Of a stretch of DNA of 51,651 nucleotides, positions 19,775 through 29,828 are shown piece by piece. The stretch comes from Candidatus Subterrananammoxibius californiae (lineage in GTDB: Bacteria; Planctomycetota; Brocadiia; Brocadiales; Subterrananammoxibiaceae). Position 1 is the first letter of the stretch. Each line of letters begins with the position of its first letter. The translations under genes and the position numbers were made by a program. Below the pieces are notes generated by a model. That model made no database searches. It was not told where the DNA came from and saw only the letters and a list, made by a program, of their open reading frames with translations. The stretch spans positions 20,208 to 71,858 of the forward strand of contig JAURAC010000005.1 in assembly GCA_030586555.1 (NCBI GenBank), in the 5' to 3' direction.

Positions 19775-20746
19775 CTAATTTATTAAAAGGTTATCATGTA
19801 AGATGTTATCTTCAATTCTTTCTATCTCGTCCATTACCTTTTCATCCTTATTAGCAAATCTTTCGTGCCAATCCTCTGGGAGGGGTATCTTTTCGTGAAG
19901 TTCCTTCCTCCTGGATTCTAAAAGACATGGCTTCAGTTGCATGAATTCCGCTGCTGTGTAAATCTTGTGATTATCCTTAGATGAAGCACTGACTGCCTTT
20001 GTTAAAAATTCACCGTACCTTTCAGACCTCGTCAAGTGATGGTCTATAATCAATGTTGGTATATGTTTCGACAACTCTGCGATATTTCTCGATGCGGCTT
20101 CGATTGAGCCCTTTTCAATTTGAGCAAGATACAGTGGCGGTCCACTTGTAAGTACGATTGTGGGCTTATAATCTATAATCATCTCTATAGTAGTCTCAAG
20201 GAAACATTGGCAATCAGAGGCATGTACGAATCTTTCTCCATTGTCATCTATCACGGTCATAATTATATATCCGAGTTTAGAATCCTTTTCTCCATGAAAG
20301 ACCGGGGTTGAAAAAGTAAGGTTTTTATAGATAGAACCGTCAGCCTCGTGTATTTTACAATCTTTTCTTTCATAAAGATAATACGACCTCTTCTTCTGGG
20401 AATAGTTGATATTGTTTGAATTTGATTTGGCGAATATTGTCTTGCCACTGTATATTTTGGTTGCCGTAGTTTCATCAGACCAATCGTAGAGTCTGGGGAA
20501 GGCGGGGGTGTAATGGTCGAAATGGTAATGGCTTAGAACTACAGCATCAGCATCGCTTGCCCTATTCAGGATTCTTTTTCTTATGAGGCGTGAGGCTGCA
20601 AGTTCATACAAATGGGGCTTAAGTCCAAATCTCCAGGGTGTGAGAGATACACCCGGGTCTATAAGTATCTTTGTATCTTTAGTCTCTACGTAACAACATA
20701 AAGACCTTGCCCCCATCGTCTCCGCCCCGAGTATTTCAATCTTCAT
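19775..20746 (-). CDS. MBL-fold metallo-hydrolase (UPF0282-like)
   Basis: SHYHFDH, HG, HASD and DHH motifs. Confidence 0.85.
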   Translation of the reverse strand: MKIEILGAETMGARSLCCYVETKDTKILIDPGVSLTPWRFGLKPHLYELAASRLIRKRILNRASDADAVVLSHYHFDHYTPAFPRLYDWSDETTATKIYSGKTIFAKSNSNNINYSQKKRSYYLYERKDCKIHEADGSIYKNLTFSTPVFHGEKDSKLGYIIMTVIDDNGERFVHASDCQCFLETTIEMIIDYKPTIVLTSGPPLYLAQIEKGSIEAASRNIAELSKHIPTLIIDHHLTRSERYGEFLTKAVSASSKDNHKIYTAAEFMQLKPCLLESRRKELHEKIPLPEDWHERFANKDEKVMDEIERIEDNILHDNLLIN

Positions 20747-22073
20747 TGGGCTTAATCCGCTTTCTTAGTTTGTCGAGCCGCTCCTTTATATTTTTTTCAT
20801 AACCTGCATCGCCAGGTTCATAATAGATTTTGTCACATGGGATGTATTCTTGTTCAACCCACTTGCCTTTGTAGCTGTGCGGATATTTGTATCCCACACC
20901 GTGACCAAGCTTTTTGGCGCCCCGGTAGCTTGCATCGCGCAGATGCTTGGGTACTGGCAAGGTTCTGCCTTCTTTGACGTCTTCAAGAGCCTTTTCAATT
21001 GCCATATAAGAGGCGTTGCTTTTAGGGGCGGAGGCAATATACGTTACTGCCTGGGCAAGAGGAATCTTAGCCTCGGGTAAGCCTATAAACTCTGATATGT
21101 TAAGGGCGGCATTAGCGACAACCAGTGCGTTTGGGTCTGCATTGCCAACATCCTCTGCGGCACAGATGACTATGCGACGTGCAATAAAGCGGGGGTCTTC
21201 ACCAGCCTCAAGCATCTTTGCCATCCAGTAAAGCGCAGCATCGGGGTCTGAGCCCCTCATACTCTTTATAAAGGCAGATGCGGCGTCATAATGTGCATCC
21301 TCATCCCTATCATACACAATCGCCTTCTTTTGTATAGATTCTTCTGCCACTGACAGGTCATAATAAATCGTGCCATCGGGTCTGGGAACTGCAGAAAGTA
21401 CGCCTACCTCAAGTGCATTTAATGCCCTCCTAACATCGCCATCTGACATCTTTGCAAGATGTTCTAATGCATCTGGCGTAATTTCGACCTTGTAATTTCC
21501 AAGTCCCCTTTCCGTATCCTCCAGTGCCCTTTTTACAATGATTTTTATTTCGTCAAGGTTCAAAGGTTCAAACTGAAAGATTTGCGAACGCGAAATGAGA
21601 GGCGAGGTAATTGCAAAAAATGGGTTATGCGTTGTAGCGCCGATTAAAATAACCGTCCCCTTCTCCACATCCGGGAGAAGTATATCCTGCTGCAACTTGT
21701 TAAATCTGTGAAGCTCATCAACAAAGAGGACGGTTCTCTGGTGAAGTTTTACTTTTCTATCTATCGCATCTTGCAGTATTTCCCGTATTTCTTTGGCGCT
21801 GGAGGTGGTGGCGTTAATAACTTCAAAGTGAGCCTTTGTAAGATTGGCGATAACGTACGCCAAGGCCGTTTTCCCTGTTCCTGGCGGTCCGTAGAACAAT
21901 ACGGATACAAGACGGTCAGCCTTAAGCATCTTGCGGAGTAGCTTACCAGGTCCAAAGAAGTGAGTTTGTCCGACAAATTCCTCAACCGTCCTTGGACGCA
22001 TGCGTACAGCAAGCGGCGCATCAGCCTGAGGCGGATTAATTCGGTTTGATTTTACAGTCTGAAAGAGGTTCAT
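20736..22073 (-). CDS. rarA: Replication-associated recombination protein A (MgsA/RarA)
   Basis: PLA.RMRP, GPPGTGKT, DELHRFNK.QQD, SAFIKSMRGSDPDAA. Confidence 0.95.
   Translation of the reverse strand: MNLFQTVKSNRINPPQADAPLAVRMRPRTVEEFVGQTHFFGPGKLLRKMLKADRLVSVLFYGPPGTGKTALAYVIANLTKAHFEVINATTSSAKEIREILQDAIDRKVKLHQRTVLFVDELHRFNKLQQDILLPDVEKGTVILIGATTHNPFFAITSPLISRSQIFQFEPLNLDEIKIIVKRALEDTERGLGNYKVEITPDALEHLAKMSDGDVRRALNALEVGVLSAVPRPDGTIYYDLSVAEESIQKKAIVYDRDEDAHYDAASAFIKSMRGSDPDAALYWMAKMLEAGEDPRFIARRIVICAAEDVGNADPNALVVANAALNISEFIGLPEAKIPLAQAVTYIASAPKSNASYMAIEKALEDVKEGRTLPVPKHLRDASYRGAKKLGHGVGYKYPHSYKGKWVEQEYIPCDKIYYEPGDAGYEKNIKERLDKLRKRIKPNED
22021..22035. repeat. 15-bp palindrome copy (in rarA, PPQAD)
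   Basis: TCAGCCTGAGGCGGA. Confidence 0.8.
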
Positions 22074-22158
22074 CTGGTAAGGTGACAGGTGGTAGGTATT
22101 AGGTGGTAGGTAATAGGTGACCTATACCTATGACCTATAACCTATTCCCTAAAGAAAT

Positions 22159-22372
22159 AAAGCTCCACCGCAATGCCGTGAGAAAGTATATTTTTGAACC
22201 CGCATTTTAAGTTAGGTGCCCTATGATAGCTTCAGCACTTCTTCCAGTTCGCCTAAGGCGGATTGGCAGCATGTGCACCACTAACAAAGAAGGGCCCTCG
22301 GGTTTAAAGGTATCGGTTCTAAAAATATTCTACTTTCAAACACGCACATGGCAGAGCTTTTCTGCATTTCTG
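22159..22372 (-). ncRNA. ssrS: 6S RNA
   Basis: ~200-nt rod-like self-complementarity (AAAGCTC/GAGCTTT, GAAAGTA/TACTTTC, TTTTTGAACC/GGTTC.AAAAA), AGGGCACC motif, upstream of rarA, has its own sigma70 promoter. Confidence 0.75.
22248..22262. repeat. 15-bp palindrome copy (in 6S RNA)
   Basis: TTCGCCTAAGGCGGA. Confidence 0.75.
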
Positions 22373-22378
22373 TGATGA

Positions 22379-22407
22379 ATTATAACAAATAAAAGATATA
22401 TGTGCAA
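22379..22407 (-). promoter_or_regulatory. sigma70 promoter of 6S RNA/rarA
   Basis: Minus strand TTGCAC-17nt-TATAAT. Confidence 0.75.
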
Positions 22408-22510
22408 GGGAAAAATCCTGGTTTACAGAGGAGACTAAGAAGTGAGATGTGAGACGATTTTCGTCTTACTTCTCACGCCTTACATCTTTTCTTGCCTATT
22501 GTCTTTTCGC

Positions 22511-22538
22511 TTGCATTTATAAAACTATTTGTTAAAAT
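22511..22538 (+). promoter_or_regulatory. sigma70 promoter of tRNA-Glu
   Basis: TTGCAT-16nt-TAAAAT with extended TGn. Confidence 0.55.
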
Positions 22539-22558
22539 CGGGGTATCTTAAGATAAAC

Positions 22559-22631
22559 GCCCCCATCGTCTAGTGGCCCAGGATGCCAGGTTCTCAGCCT
22601 GGAGACTGGGGTTCAAATCCCCATGGGGGTA
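22559..22631 (+). tRNA. tRNA-Glu (CTC), CCA not encoded
   Basis: Acceptor stem GCCCCCA/TGGGGGT, anticodon arm CCAGG-TTCTCAG-CCTGG, T-loop TTCAAAT. Confidence 0.95.
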
Positions 22632-22694
22632 CATACCAATTCGAGAGCCTATTGCGCTTTGTAGACCACCATTCCAGCCCTTCAAGAGTATGCT

Positions 22695-24077
22695 TTACGA
22701 GGTGATTTTTTCTTTTATCCGCTCCAAAATGGTCTTAAGTTGGGGGTCATTCCTGAGTTGTGCCTCAATCCTTTTTATGGCAAAAATAACCGAGGCATGA
22801 GATTTATTCCCGAAATGGCTGCCAATTTGTTGATATGAAAAGTTTGTATGGGTTCTGGTAAGATACATGGTAATTTGGCGTGCCAGTGAAATTGCCTTTG
22901 TCCTCTTTTTAGAAAAGATTTCTGAACGGGCGATATTAAGATGTCCTGTAACGGCATCTTCAATTTCATCAATAGTAATATTCTTACGATTAATGGAGAA
23001 CTCGCCAAGTGCGTCTCGAGCTGTTTGAATATCTATTTCTTTTTCATTTACGTTAGCATAGGCTGAAACCGTTGTTAATGCACTTTCCGCCACCCTTACG
23101 TTGCCTTTTGATATTTCAGCAATATAAGCCAGTACATCATCGAGAAAGGCTTTTTTGAACCTTGCCGCCTTTAAGCGCAATATTGCCAGTATCGTATTGA
23201 AATCCGGTTGCTCAATCCTGGTAAGCATACCCGACACAAACCTGCTGGATAAGCTTTCCTTTAATTGATTTATTTGCTTAGGATGCGCATCGCTTGTAAA
23301 AATCATTCTTTTAGATAGTTGATAAAGGGTGTTAAAGGTATGGAGGAATTCTTCCTGAATACCAAGTTTATTTGAGAAAAAATCTACGTCATCTATAAGG
23401 AGTACATCTACGCCTCTATACCTCTGCCTGAATGATTCCATCTTTCCCTTTTGTAAGGAGTATATGAATTCATTTGTCCAGCGTTCTGCTGGCATATATA
23501 CAGCATTGTAACCTTGATGGTCTTCTCTTAAGCGATTCCATATACCTTGAAGCAAATGTGTTTTACCGACCCCGACAGGACCATGTATAAAGAGAGGATT
23601 AAAAGTTGATTCTCCCTGCTTTACCACTTCAAGGGCTACGGCATAAGCAAGCCTATTACAAGGCCCTACGACAAAGTCTTCAAGCCTTAGCTTTTTTTCT
23701 GGAAGCACCTTGCTGGTATTAAAACCGTTTCCTTCATGGTTACCTTGAATAAATGATTTAGCCTCGGGAGGTCTCTCGCTTATCAGATGAAATGGGTTCG
23801 GGTCAATTGAGAAATTTATTTTAAGTTCCTTTTTTGTAAAGCTTGTAATACCTTCCTTCAGTAGCGGCAGGAAGTTTTTTTCTAACCTGAATTGGATGAA
23901 CGTGTTTGGCACACCGATAGTAATGGAATAGTCGTTAAATGACAAAAGATGTGTACACCTGAACCAGAGGTTAAAACGTTCTTTTCCTACTTGTTGCTGA
24001 ACTTTATCAAGTAATTTTTCCCATATTTCCATCCCGCATGGGGCGAGATTCGCGTTTGATTCTATTTGTGTTTTCAT
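22695..24077 (-). CDS. dnaA: Chromosomal replication initiator DnaA (divergent paralog-like)
   Basis: NPLFIHGPVGVGKTHLL, QEEFLHTFN, L.SRF..G, RQ..MYL; start 24077 or GTG 24089. Confidence 0.92.
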   Translation of the reverse strand: MKTQIESNANLAPCGMEIWEKLLDKVQQQVGKERFNLWFRCTHLLSFNDYSITIGVPNTFIQFRLEKNFLPLLKEGITSFTKKELKINFSIDPNPFHLISERPPEAKSFIQGNHEGNGFNTSKVLPEKKLRLEDFVVGPCNRLAYAVALEVVKQGESTFNPLFIHGPVGVGKTHLLQGIWNRLREDHQGYNAVYMPAERWTNEFIYSLQKGKMESFRQRYRGVDVLLIDDVDFFSNKLGIQEEFLHTFNTLYQLSKRMIFTSDAHPKQINQLKESLSSRFVSGMLTRIEQPDFNTILAILRLKAARFKKAFLDDVLAYIAEISKGNVRVAESALTTVSAYANVNEKEIDIQTARDALGEFSINRKNITIDEIEDAVTGHLNIARSEIFSKKRTKAISLARQITMYLTRTHTNFSYQQIGSHFGNKSHASVIFAIKRIEAQLRNDPQLKTILERIKEKITS

Positions 24078-24109
24078 TTTTAGGGACACTCCTCAAATTA
24101 GAAGTTCGC

Positions 24110-24125
24110 CCCGCCTGGAGGCGGG
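24110..24125. repeat. 16-bp variant palindrome in the dnaA leader
   Basis: CCCGCCT-GG-AGGCGGG. Confidence 0.7.
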
Positions 24126-24471
24126 TTGTATTTGGGATTTTTAGTTTTGGTGGGAGGATGTTATCAAATAGAGAAAATTCTGTCAAAGCAAAAAAATTTA
24201 ATCTTTCTTTTACGACAATCTGGCACGAGTCTCAAAAAATCGCAACATTTTTGATAGCAATAGGATTTGCAATTTAATTATCGTTAAAAATTTTTTGTAA
24301 AAAAAATTAGTAAAAAAAAGTTATTTTCAAATTGTATGTTTGATGTGCAAAATTCAGGACATCCTGAGTTGTAAATATTATTACAGTAAGTGATTATGTA
24401 CTGCAAATCTGTTTTTTCTCACCGTGCTTTTAATTAAATTGCTATAAGGGTTCAGCTTTCTTGATGTTGCA

Positions 24472-25428
24472 CTAAAAACAAATTCCTGAACCTGTCAGGA
24501 ACAGGTTTATTTCTTCTGACAGATGGGCAAATTGTTCTGGTGTGAGTGTTTCGCCTCTCTGGTCAGGTGCAATGCCAAGGCCCCTTAGAATAGTTAACAA
24601 CTGTTCCTTTGGAATAAGGAGAGGCTTAAATCTTGTCACGCCTGAGGCGGATTCGCTTAGGCGAACAAAACTATTAACAATTATTTTGCGACGGGATTCA
24701 AAGATTGCATGTACTATCTTTTGAAATAGTTCATAATTAGAAATATTCTTTAAATTTTCCTTATGCACATGGAGCACTACAACGGCAGATTCTATTTTTG
24801 GGGTAGGCCAGAAGACTTCTGGGGAGAGGGTTTTAATTAAATTTATGTCGGAAAAGAGTTGTGCTGTTATAGATAAAATTCCATAATCTTTCGTCCCTGG
24901 TTGCGCTACCAGTCTATTTACTATATCTCTTTGTAACGTCAATACCATTAGTTCAATTGGTAAAGGTCCCTCTAAGAGTTTTATAATTAAAGGGGTGCTT
25001 ATTGAATATGGAAGGTTTGATACAACCTTTAGAATCAATTTTCTTTGCAAAGACCTGATATAACTTAACAATTCGTTTTCAACCTGTGGTTCGAGGGCAC
25101 TTTTAGAGCTTAATATATCTTTATTTATGAGACGGATATTACTGTACGATTGTAATGCCTCACTGGCAAGCTTAAATAATCCCGTATCCATCTCTACGGA
25201 AAAAACCATTTGTGCTTTTTCGGCAAGTAATGATGTTAAAGCCCCTGTGCCTGTACCTACTTCGAGGATTATATCATCAGCACCAACTGAAGACGCATTA
25301 ACTATAAATCGCAGTATGTTCTGGTCTATGAGGAAGTTCTGTCCTAACCTCTTTCTTGGTCGAATGCCTCTCTGAGAAAAGATGGTTTTGAGTAAAGTCT
25401 TAGTATGAGGACCTTTGAGTAAGTTCAT
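24472..25428 (-). CDS. rsmA: 16S rRNA dimethyladenosine transferase
   Basis: LGQNFL, EVGTGTGALT, NLPYSIS. Confidence 0.95.
   Translation of the reverse strand: MNLLKGPHTKTLLKTIFSQRGIRPRKRLGQNFLIDQNILRFIVNASSVGADDIILEVGTGTGALTSLLAEKAQMVFSVEMDTGLFKLASEALQSYSNIRLINKDILSSKSALEPQVENELLSYIRSLQRKLILKVVSNLPYSISTPLIIKLLEGPLPIELMVLTLQRDIVNRLVAQPGTKDYGILSITAQLFSDINLIKTLSPEVFWPTPKIESAVVVLHVHKENLKNISNYELFQKIVHAIFESRRKIIVNSFVRLSESASGVTRFKPLLIPKEQLLTILRGLGIAPDQRGETLTPEQFAHLSEEINLFLTGSGICF
24637..24651. repeat. 15-bp palindrome copy (in rsmA, SASGV)
   Basis: CACGCCTGAGGCGGA. Confidence 0.8.
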
Positions 25429-25472
25429 ATTTCCAATTGTAAAATGCAAATTGTAAATTTTAAATTTCCAAT

Positions 25473-26486
25473 TTACAATTGTTTTGCTTTTGCCATCCTG
25501 GCAGCCACCTTGATTGCTTCAATCATAGAGGTTGGGTTTGCAACTCCTTTTCCAGCAATATCATAAGCAGTGCCATGGTCAGGCGATGTGCGTATTATTG
25601 GAAGTCCCAGCGTAATATTAACGCCCTTCTCAAAAGCGATGAGCTTCAGGGGTATAAGACCCTGGTCATGATAAAGAGAGACAACGGCATCAAAGTCACC
25701 ATTGAGCACCTTATAAAAAACAATATCAGGCGAGATTGGCCCACTGCAATTAATGCCCTTTGATACAGCCCTTTCTATGGCAGGTATTATGATTTCCTTT
25801 TCCTCGGCGCCGAAACGGCTGTAGTCTCCGGAATGAGGATTAAGGCCACTTACGGCTATCCTTTGGGTTTTCAGATTGAAAAATCTTCCAAGTGCATCGG
25901 CAGTAATCGTTATGGTGTCCTCTATATCTTCAACATTGAGCAAATGAGGAACCCTTTCAAGTGCCACGTGTGTGGTTACCAGGGATACCCTTAATCCTCC
26001 ACCAGCCATCATCATTACAGCCTTCTTTGCGCCAGTCTTATCTTTGAGTAATTCCGTGTGTCCCGGGTAAGAACACCCTGCCATTTCGATTGCTTTTTTG
26101 TTTATCGGCGCTGTTACAAGGGCATCAATCACTCCATTCATCGCCAAATCAACCCCCTTAAGGATATAATCCAGAGATGCCTTTCCTGCCTCTGCCATGG
26201 GTTCTTTCAAAAGCATATTTTCGACGTTAAAATTATTGAGAGTGAGCAGTCGTATGTGGAGCGTGGATTCCTTCAAATCCTCTATATCTTCGAAGCTTTT
26301 AAAATACGTAGGAAGGTTTAAATCATGAACGGTCTTACGGAGAACCCTCTCACTGCCAATCACTACAAAATCTGCCAGATGGGCAAGCTCTGTAGAAGCA
26401 AGAGCCTTCATAACCACCTCAGAACCTATGCCACAGGGGTCCCCCGCGGTAATGCCTATAAGTATTTTGGTTTTAACCTTTTCCAT
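25473..26486 (-). CDS. pdxA: 4-hydroxythreonine-4-phosphate dehydrogenase
   Basis: GDPCGIG.E, GHTE, GLNPH, YHDQG, RTSPDHGTA. Confidence 0.95.
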   Translation of the reverse strand: MEKVKTKILIGITAGDPCGIGSEVVMKALASTELAHLADFVVIGSERVLRKTVHDLNLPTYFKSFEDIEDLKESTLHIRLLTLNNFNVENMLLKEPMAEAGKASLDYILKGVDLAMNGVIDALVTAPINKKAIEMAGCSYPGHTELLKDKTGAKKAVMMMAGGGLRVSLVTTHVALERVPHLLNVEDIEDTITITADALGRFFNLKTQRIAVSGLNPHSGDYSRFGAEEKEIIIPAIERAVSKGINCSGPISPDIVFYKVLNGDFDAVVSLYHDQGLIPLKLIAFEKGVNITLGLPIIRTSPDHGTAYDIAGKGVANPTSMIEAIKVAARMAKAKQL

Positions 26487-26574
26487 GTTTTACATTGCGA
26501 CTAATTAAAAAGATAGGAAATTGGGAAGGTAAGAAGTCGAGAAGGATAGGCTCGCCTTTTAGAAAATAACTAAG

Positions 26575-27234
26575 TTAGAATCCAAGCTCTTTCAGTTTTT
26601 CCTCCGTAATACCAGTTGGTTTTTCTCTGCTTAAAGGGGAGGCAGACACAAACTTTTTAATCCACTTTCCAAACATATCTGTCTCTATATTGACTGCATC
26701 TCCCGCCTTTTTAAACCCAAGGGTTGTTGCAGCAAGCGTAATCGGGATCAAAGCCACAGAAAACCATCCTGGTGAAATATCAACTATTGTCAGGCTTATT
26801 CCATCAACAGCCACAGAGCCTTTTTTTACCATCATTTGTGTAAGTTCTTCCTTAACTGAAACGCCGAGCGTTCCGCCTGAGGCGGATCCTGTTTTTAGTA
26901 CCTTTTGCTCAATCACTCCCGTTCCATCAACGTGGCCCGAGATAAAATGCCCTCCGAGTCTATCGCCAACCCTTAACGAACGTTCAACGTTTATCTTCTC
27001 AGAGGTTCTAAGCTTACCGAAGGTAGTCTTTTCAAGCGACTCCCCCGATATATCAAATGAGACGATAGTTCCTTTTATTGATTTTACCGTAAGGCATGCG
27101 CCATTAATGGCTATACTATCACCAAGCTTCACACCCTCGATAAGCGGCCCAATATCAACAAAAACCTCTGCGGCACCTGCACGATGCACAAGTCGCTCTA
27201 CAGTTCCTAAATGCTCGATTATTCCTGTAAACAT
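26575..27234 (-). CDS. ribE: Riboflavin synthase (alpha chain)
   Basis: MFTGII, GACLTV, GGHFISGHVDG, KGSVAVDGISLT. Confidence 0.95.
   Translation of the reverse strand: MFTGIIEHLGTVERLVHRAGAAEVFVDIGPLIEGVKLGDSIAINGACLTVKSIKGTIVSFDISGESLEKTTFGKLRTSEKINVERSLRVGDRLGGHFISGHVDGTGVIEQKVLKTGSASGGTLGVSVKEELTQMMVKKGSVAVDGISLTIVDISPGWFSVALIPITLAATTLGFKKAGDAVNIETDMFGKWIKKFVSASPLSREKPTGITEEKLKELGF
26872..26886. repeat. 15-bp palindrome copy (in ribE, SASGG)
   Basis: TCCGCCTGAGGCGGA, perfect. Confidence 0.9.
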
Positions 27235-27324
27235 TTTTTCAGGCTAAGAGGCAAAAAGGTAAAGAGGATAAGAGGTGAAAAGATTTTTCTCCTATTAGCC
27301 TTTTCGCCTCATTACCTCTTGACC

Positions 27325-27966
27325 TCATAAGATTTTTACCTTTCTGTCTTCAATCTTTAGTCTACCCTCTGCGAAGAGACGAATAGCCTCAGGATATGCT
27401 ATGCACTCCTCTGCAAAGACGCGTTCGGCTAATGTCTCAACGGTGTCATTGTCAAGAACAGGCACAACCCTTTGAATGATTATAGGTCCGTGGTCATAAA
27501 GATTATCAGCAAAATGCACTGTGCAACCAGATACCTTTGCGCCGTATTCTAATACAGCCCTGTGCACCCGCTCCCCATAGTTGCCCTTACCACAGAAGGC
27601 TGGTATAAGACCTGGATGGATGTTCATTACCCTTCCCAGATACTTATCTGTAATCCTATAAAGGCGAATAAATCCAGCCATTACAATAAGGTCTATAAGA
27701 TATTTATCAATTTGCTCTGTAATTGCCTCACTGAATGAATTGACATCCTTAAAATCTTTGAATCTTACAATGACAGCAGGGATATTATGTTTTTTTGCCC
27801 GTTCAATGCCATAGGCATTTGGTTCACTGCTGATGACTATACGAATCCTTGCATTAAGCGAACCATCTTGTATCCTGTTAATAAAATTTTGGAGTGTCCT
27901 CCCGCTGCCGGAAAGCAGTACGGCAAGATTAATCGTTTTACTCATTGCTTGTTGTTCAGCACCCAT
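27325..27966 (-). CDS. purN: Phosphoribosylglycinamide formyltransferase
   Basis: SGSG, NIHP, GCTVHF, D.GPII.Q. Confidence 0.95.
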   Translation of the reverse strand: MGAEQQAMSKTINLAVLLSGSGRTLQNFINRIQDGSLNARIRIVISSEPNAYGIERAKKHNIPAVIVRFKDFKDVNSFSEAITEQIDKYLIDLIVMAGFIRLYRITDKYLGRVMNIHPGLIPAFCGKGNYGERVHRAVLEYGAKVSGCTVHFADNLYDHGPIIIQRVVPVLDNDTVETLAERVFAEECIAYPEAIRLFAEGRLKIEDRKVKIL

Positions 27967-28010
27967 TGCTTTTATTATAACAACAGAGCATAAAAAGTAA
28001 ATCCATATTC

Positions 28011-28059
28011 AAAATAGGGACACATCCCATTTTGCATAAATGGGATGTGTCCCTATTTT
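28011..28059. repeat. Perfect 22-bp inverted repeat (5-nt loop) at the rph stop; REP-like element or terminator
   Basis: AAAATAGGGACACATCCCATTT-TGCAT-AAATGGGATGTGTCCCTATTTT. Confidence 0.85.
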
Positions 28060-28780
28060 AAGATGCTGTGCCTAATGAAGCTTTCTGTATCTGGGTTAAT
28101 TCCTTTATGCCTTTTTTAGCCAGCGAAAGCATCTGGATTAGTTGCTCTTCTGTAAATGTATGCTCTTCCCCCGTACCTTGAACTTCAACGAAGTACCCAC
28201 TGCCAGTTATTACGATATTCATGTCAACCTGTGCATTTACATCCTCCTCGTAGCAGAGGTCTAATATCGGCGTGCCTTCCATCAGCCCAACGCTTACGGC
28301 TGCAACGCTATCAGTAATCGGTATGGTTTTAATTTGTTCCTTTTCTTGTAGCCACCGCAGAGCGTCTACAAGAGCAACGTACCCTCCTGTAATGGAAGCG
28401 GTACGGGTGCCCCCATCGGCTTGCAGAACATCGCAATCAATCCAGATGGTTCTTTCCCCTATTTCAGATAGTTTGACTACGGCGCGCATTGCCCTTCCAA
28501 TTAGTCGCTGAATCTCATGTGTTCTTCCAGCTATTTTACCCTTCGTAGATTCTCTTGAGGTGCGTGTTTGGGTAGAACCAGGTAAAAGGGAATATTCGGC
28601 GGTTATCCAGCCTTGACCTGAGTTTTTTAGATGCGGTGGTACTGTATCTTCAATGGTAGCAGTGCAAAGCACCTTTGTGTTACCCACCTGTATCAGAACA
28701 GAACCCGGGGCAAACCTGGTAAAGTTTCTTTCTAACTTTACAGCTCGTAATTCATCTGGTTTACGATTGTCTATGCGCAT
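28058..28780 (-). CDS. rph: Ribonuclease PH
   Basis: [33 protein letters not shown]. Confidence 0.97.
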   Translation of the reverse strand: MRIDNRKPDELRAVKLERNFTRFAPGSVLIQVGNTKVLCTATIEDTVPPHLKNSGQGWITAEYSLLPGSTQTRTSRESTKGKIAGRTHEIQRLIGRAMRAVVKLSEIGERTIWIDCDVLQADGGTRTASITGGYVALVDALRWLQEKEQIKTIPITDSVAAVSVGLMEGTPILDLCYEEDVNAQVDMNIVITGSGYFVEVQGTGEEHTFTEEQLIQMLSLAKKGIKELTQIQKASLGTAS

Positions 28781-28880
28781 AAGTAAAAAGTTCTATTGGT
28801 TTAATTGGTTGAATTGGTTAAAAACAATTCAACTAATAAAACCAAGAAACCAATAAAACTAATTAACCCACTTCCATCAC

Positions 28881-29804
28881 CTATTTAAGTAGGAGCGTTT
28901 TTAATATTGCTTTCTCAACATGCAAGCGATTCTCAGCCTGGTCAAACACTATCGAGTTTGGCCCATCAATAACTTCATCGGTTATTTCTTCACCTCTGTG
29001 TGCAGGAAGACAGTGCATTACCAATACCCCCTTTTTGGCAAGGGCAACCAATCCCTTATTAACCTGATAGCCCTTAAAATGCAGTCGTCGAACCTCTGCC
29101 TCACCCTCCTGACCCATACTTATCCATGTGTCAGTATAGATAACGTCTGCATTCTTTACGACATCCCTTGGGTTAAGAAATTGTAAAGCCGAAGCATCCT
29201 GTTTCACAGTTTGCCGCATGTCATCTACAAATTCTGCTGGAAATTCGTAACCTTTAGGTGATGCAATATTGAATGATACTCCAAGCGTAGCGCAAAGCAA
29301 TGCAAGAGACCTCGCAACGTTGTTTGCGTCCCCCACAAAGGCTATCTTTACACCTTTAAGCGTACCAAGTTTTTCTTTAATTGTGTATAAATCAGCAAGC
29401 GCTTGACATGGGTGCAAATAATCTGACAGGGCATTTATAACAGGAACGGAGGCATGTCTTGCCAGTTCCGCAACGTTATTGTGGCTGAAGGTTCTTATGG
29501 CGATACAATCCACATATCGTGAAAGCACCCTTGCAACATCTTTTATGGATTCACGTTTACCTATATTTATATCCTGAGGGGTTAAATATATCGCATGACC
29601 GCCGAGCTGTGTCATTGCCACTTCAAGCGAGACCCTTGTGCGCATCGAACTCTTTTCAAAAATCATGGCGAGAGATTTACCGGAAAGAGATATGTCGGAC
29701 TTTCCCAGGGTATAAGCCTCTTTGAGTTGACTGGTTAATGCAAAAAGGCCCTCAACCTCTTCTCTTGATAAGTCAGTATCAGAAATCAAATGCCTGCAGT
29801 TCAT
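28881..29804 (-). CDS. argF: Ornithine carbamoyltransferase
   Basis: FEKSSMRTRVS, HPCQALAD, SMG, HCLP. Confidence 0.95.
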   Translation of the reverse strand: MNCRHLISDTDLSREEVEGLFALTSQLKEAYTLGKSDISLSGKSLAMIFEKSSMRTRVSLEVAMTQLGGHAIYLTPQDINIGKRESIKDVARVLSRYVDCIAIRTFSHNNVAELARHASVPVINALSDYLHPCQALADLYTIKEKLGTLKGVKIAFVGDANNVARSLALLCATLGVSFNIASPKGYEFPAEFVDDMRQTVKQDASALQFLNPRDVVKNADVIYTDTWISMGQEGEAEVRRLHFKGYQVNKGLVALAKKGVLVMHCLPAHRGEEITDEVIDGPNSIVFDQAENRLHVEKAILKTLLLK

Positions 29805-29828
29805 TAAACCTTCCTGTTTTACGTACTC

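Noticed and set aside
22573..22800. 75-aa plus-strand ORF
   Set aside because: It overlaps tRNA-Glu and is antisense to dnaA; spurious.
24220..24235. TGGCAC as a sigma54 site
   Set aside because: No -12 GC element at the required spacing and no downstream plus-strand gene.
24130..24470. oriC upstream of dnaA
   Set aside because: AT-rich, but no recognisable DnaA-box cluster and no dnaN linkage.
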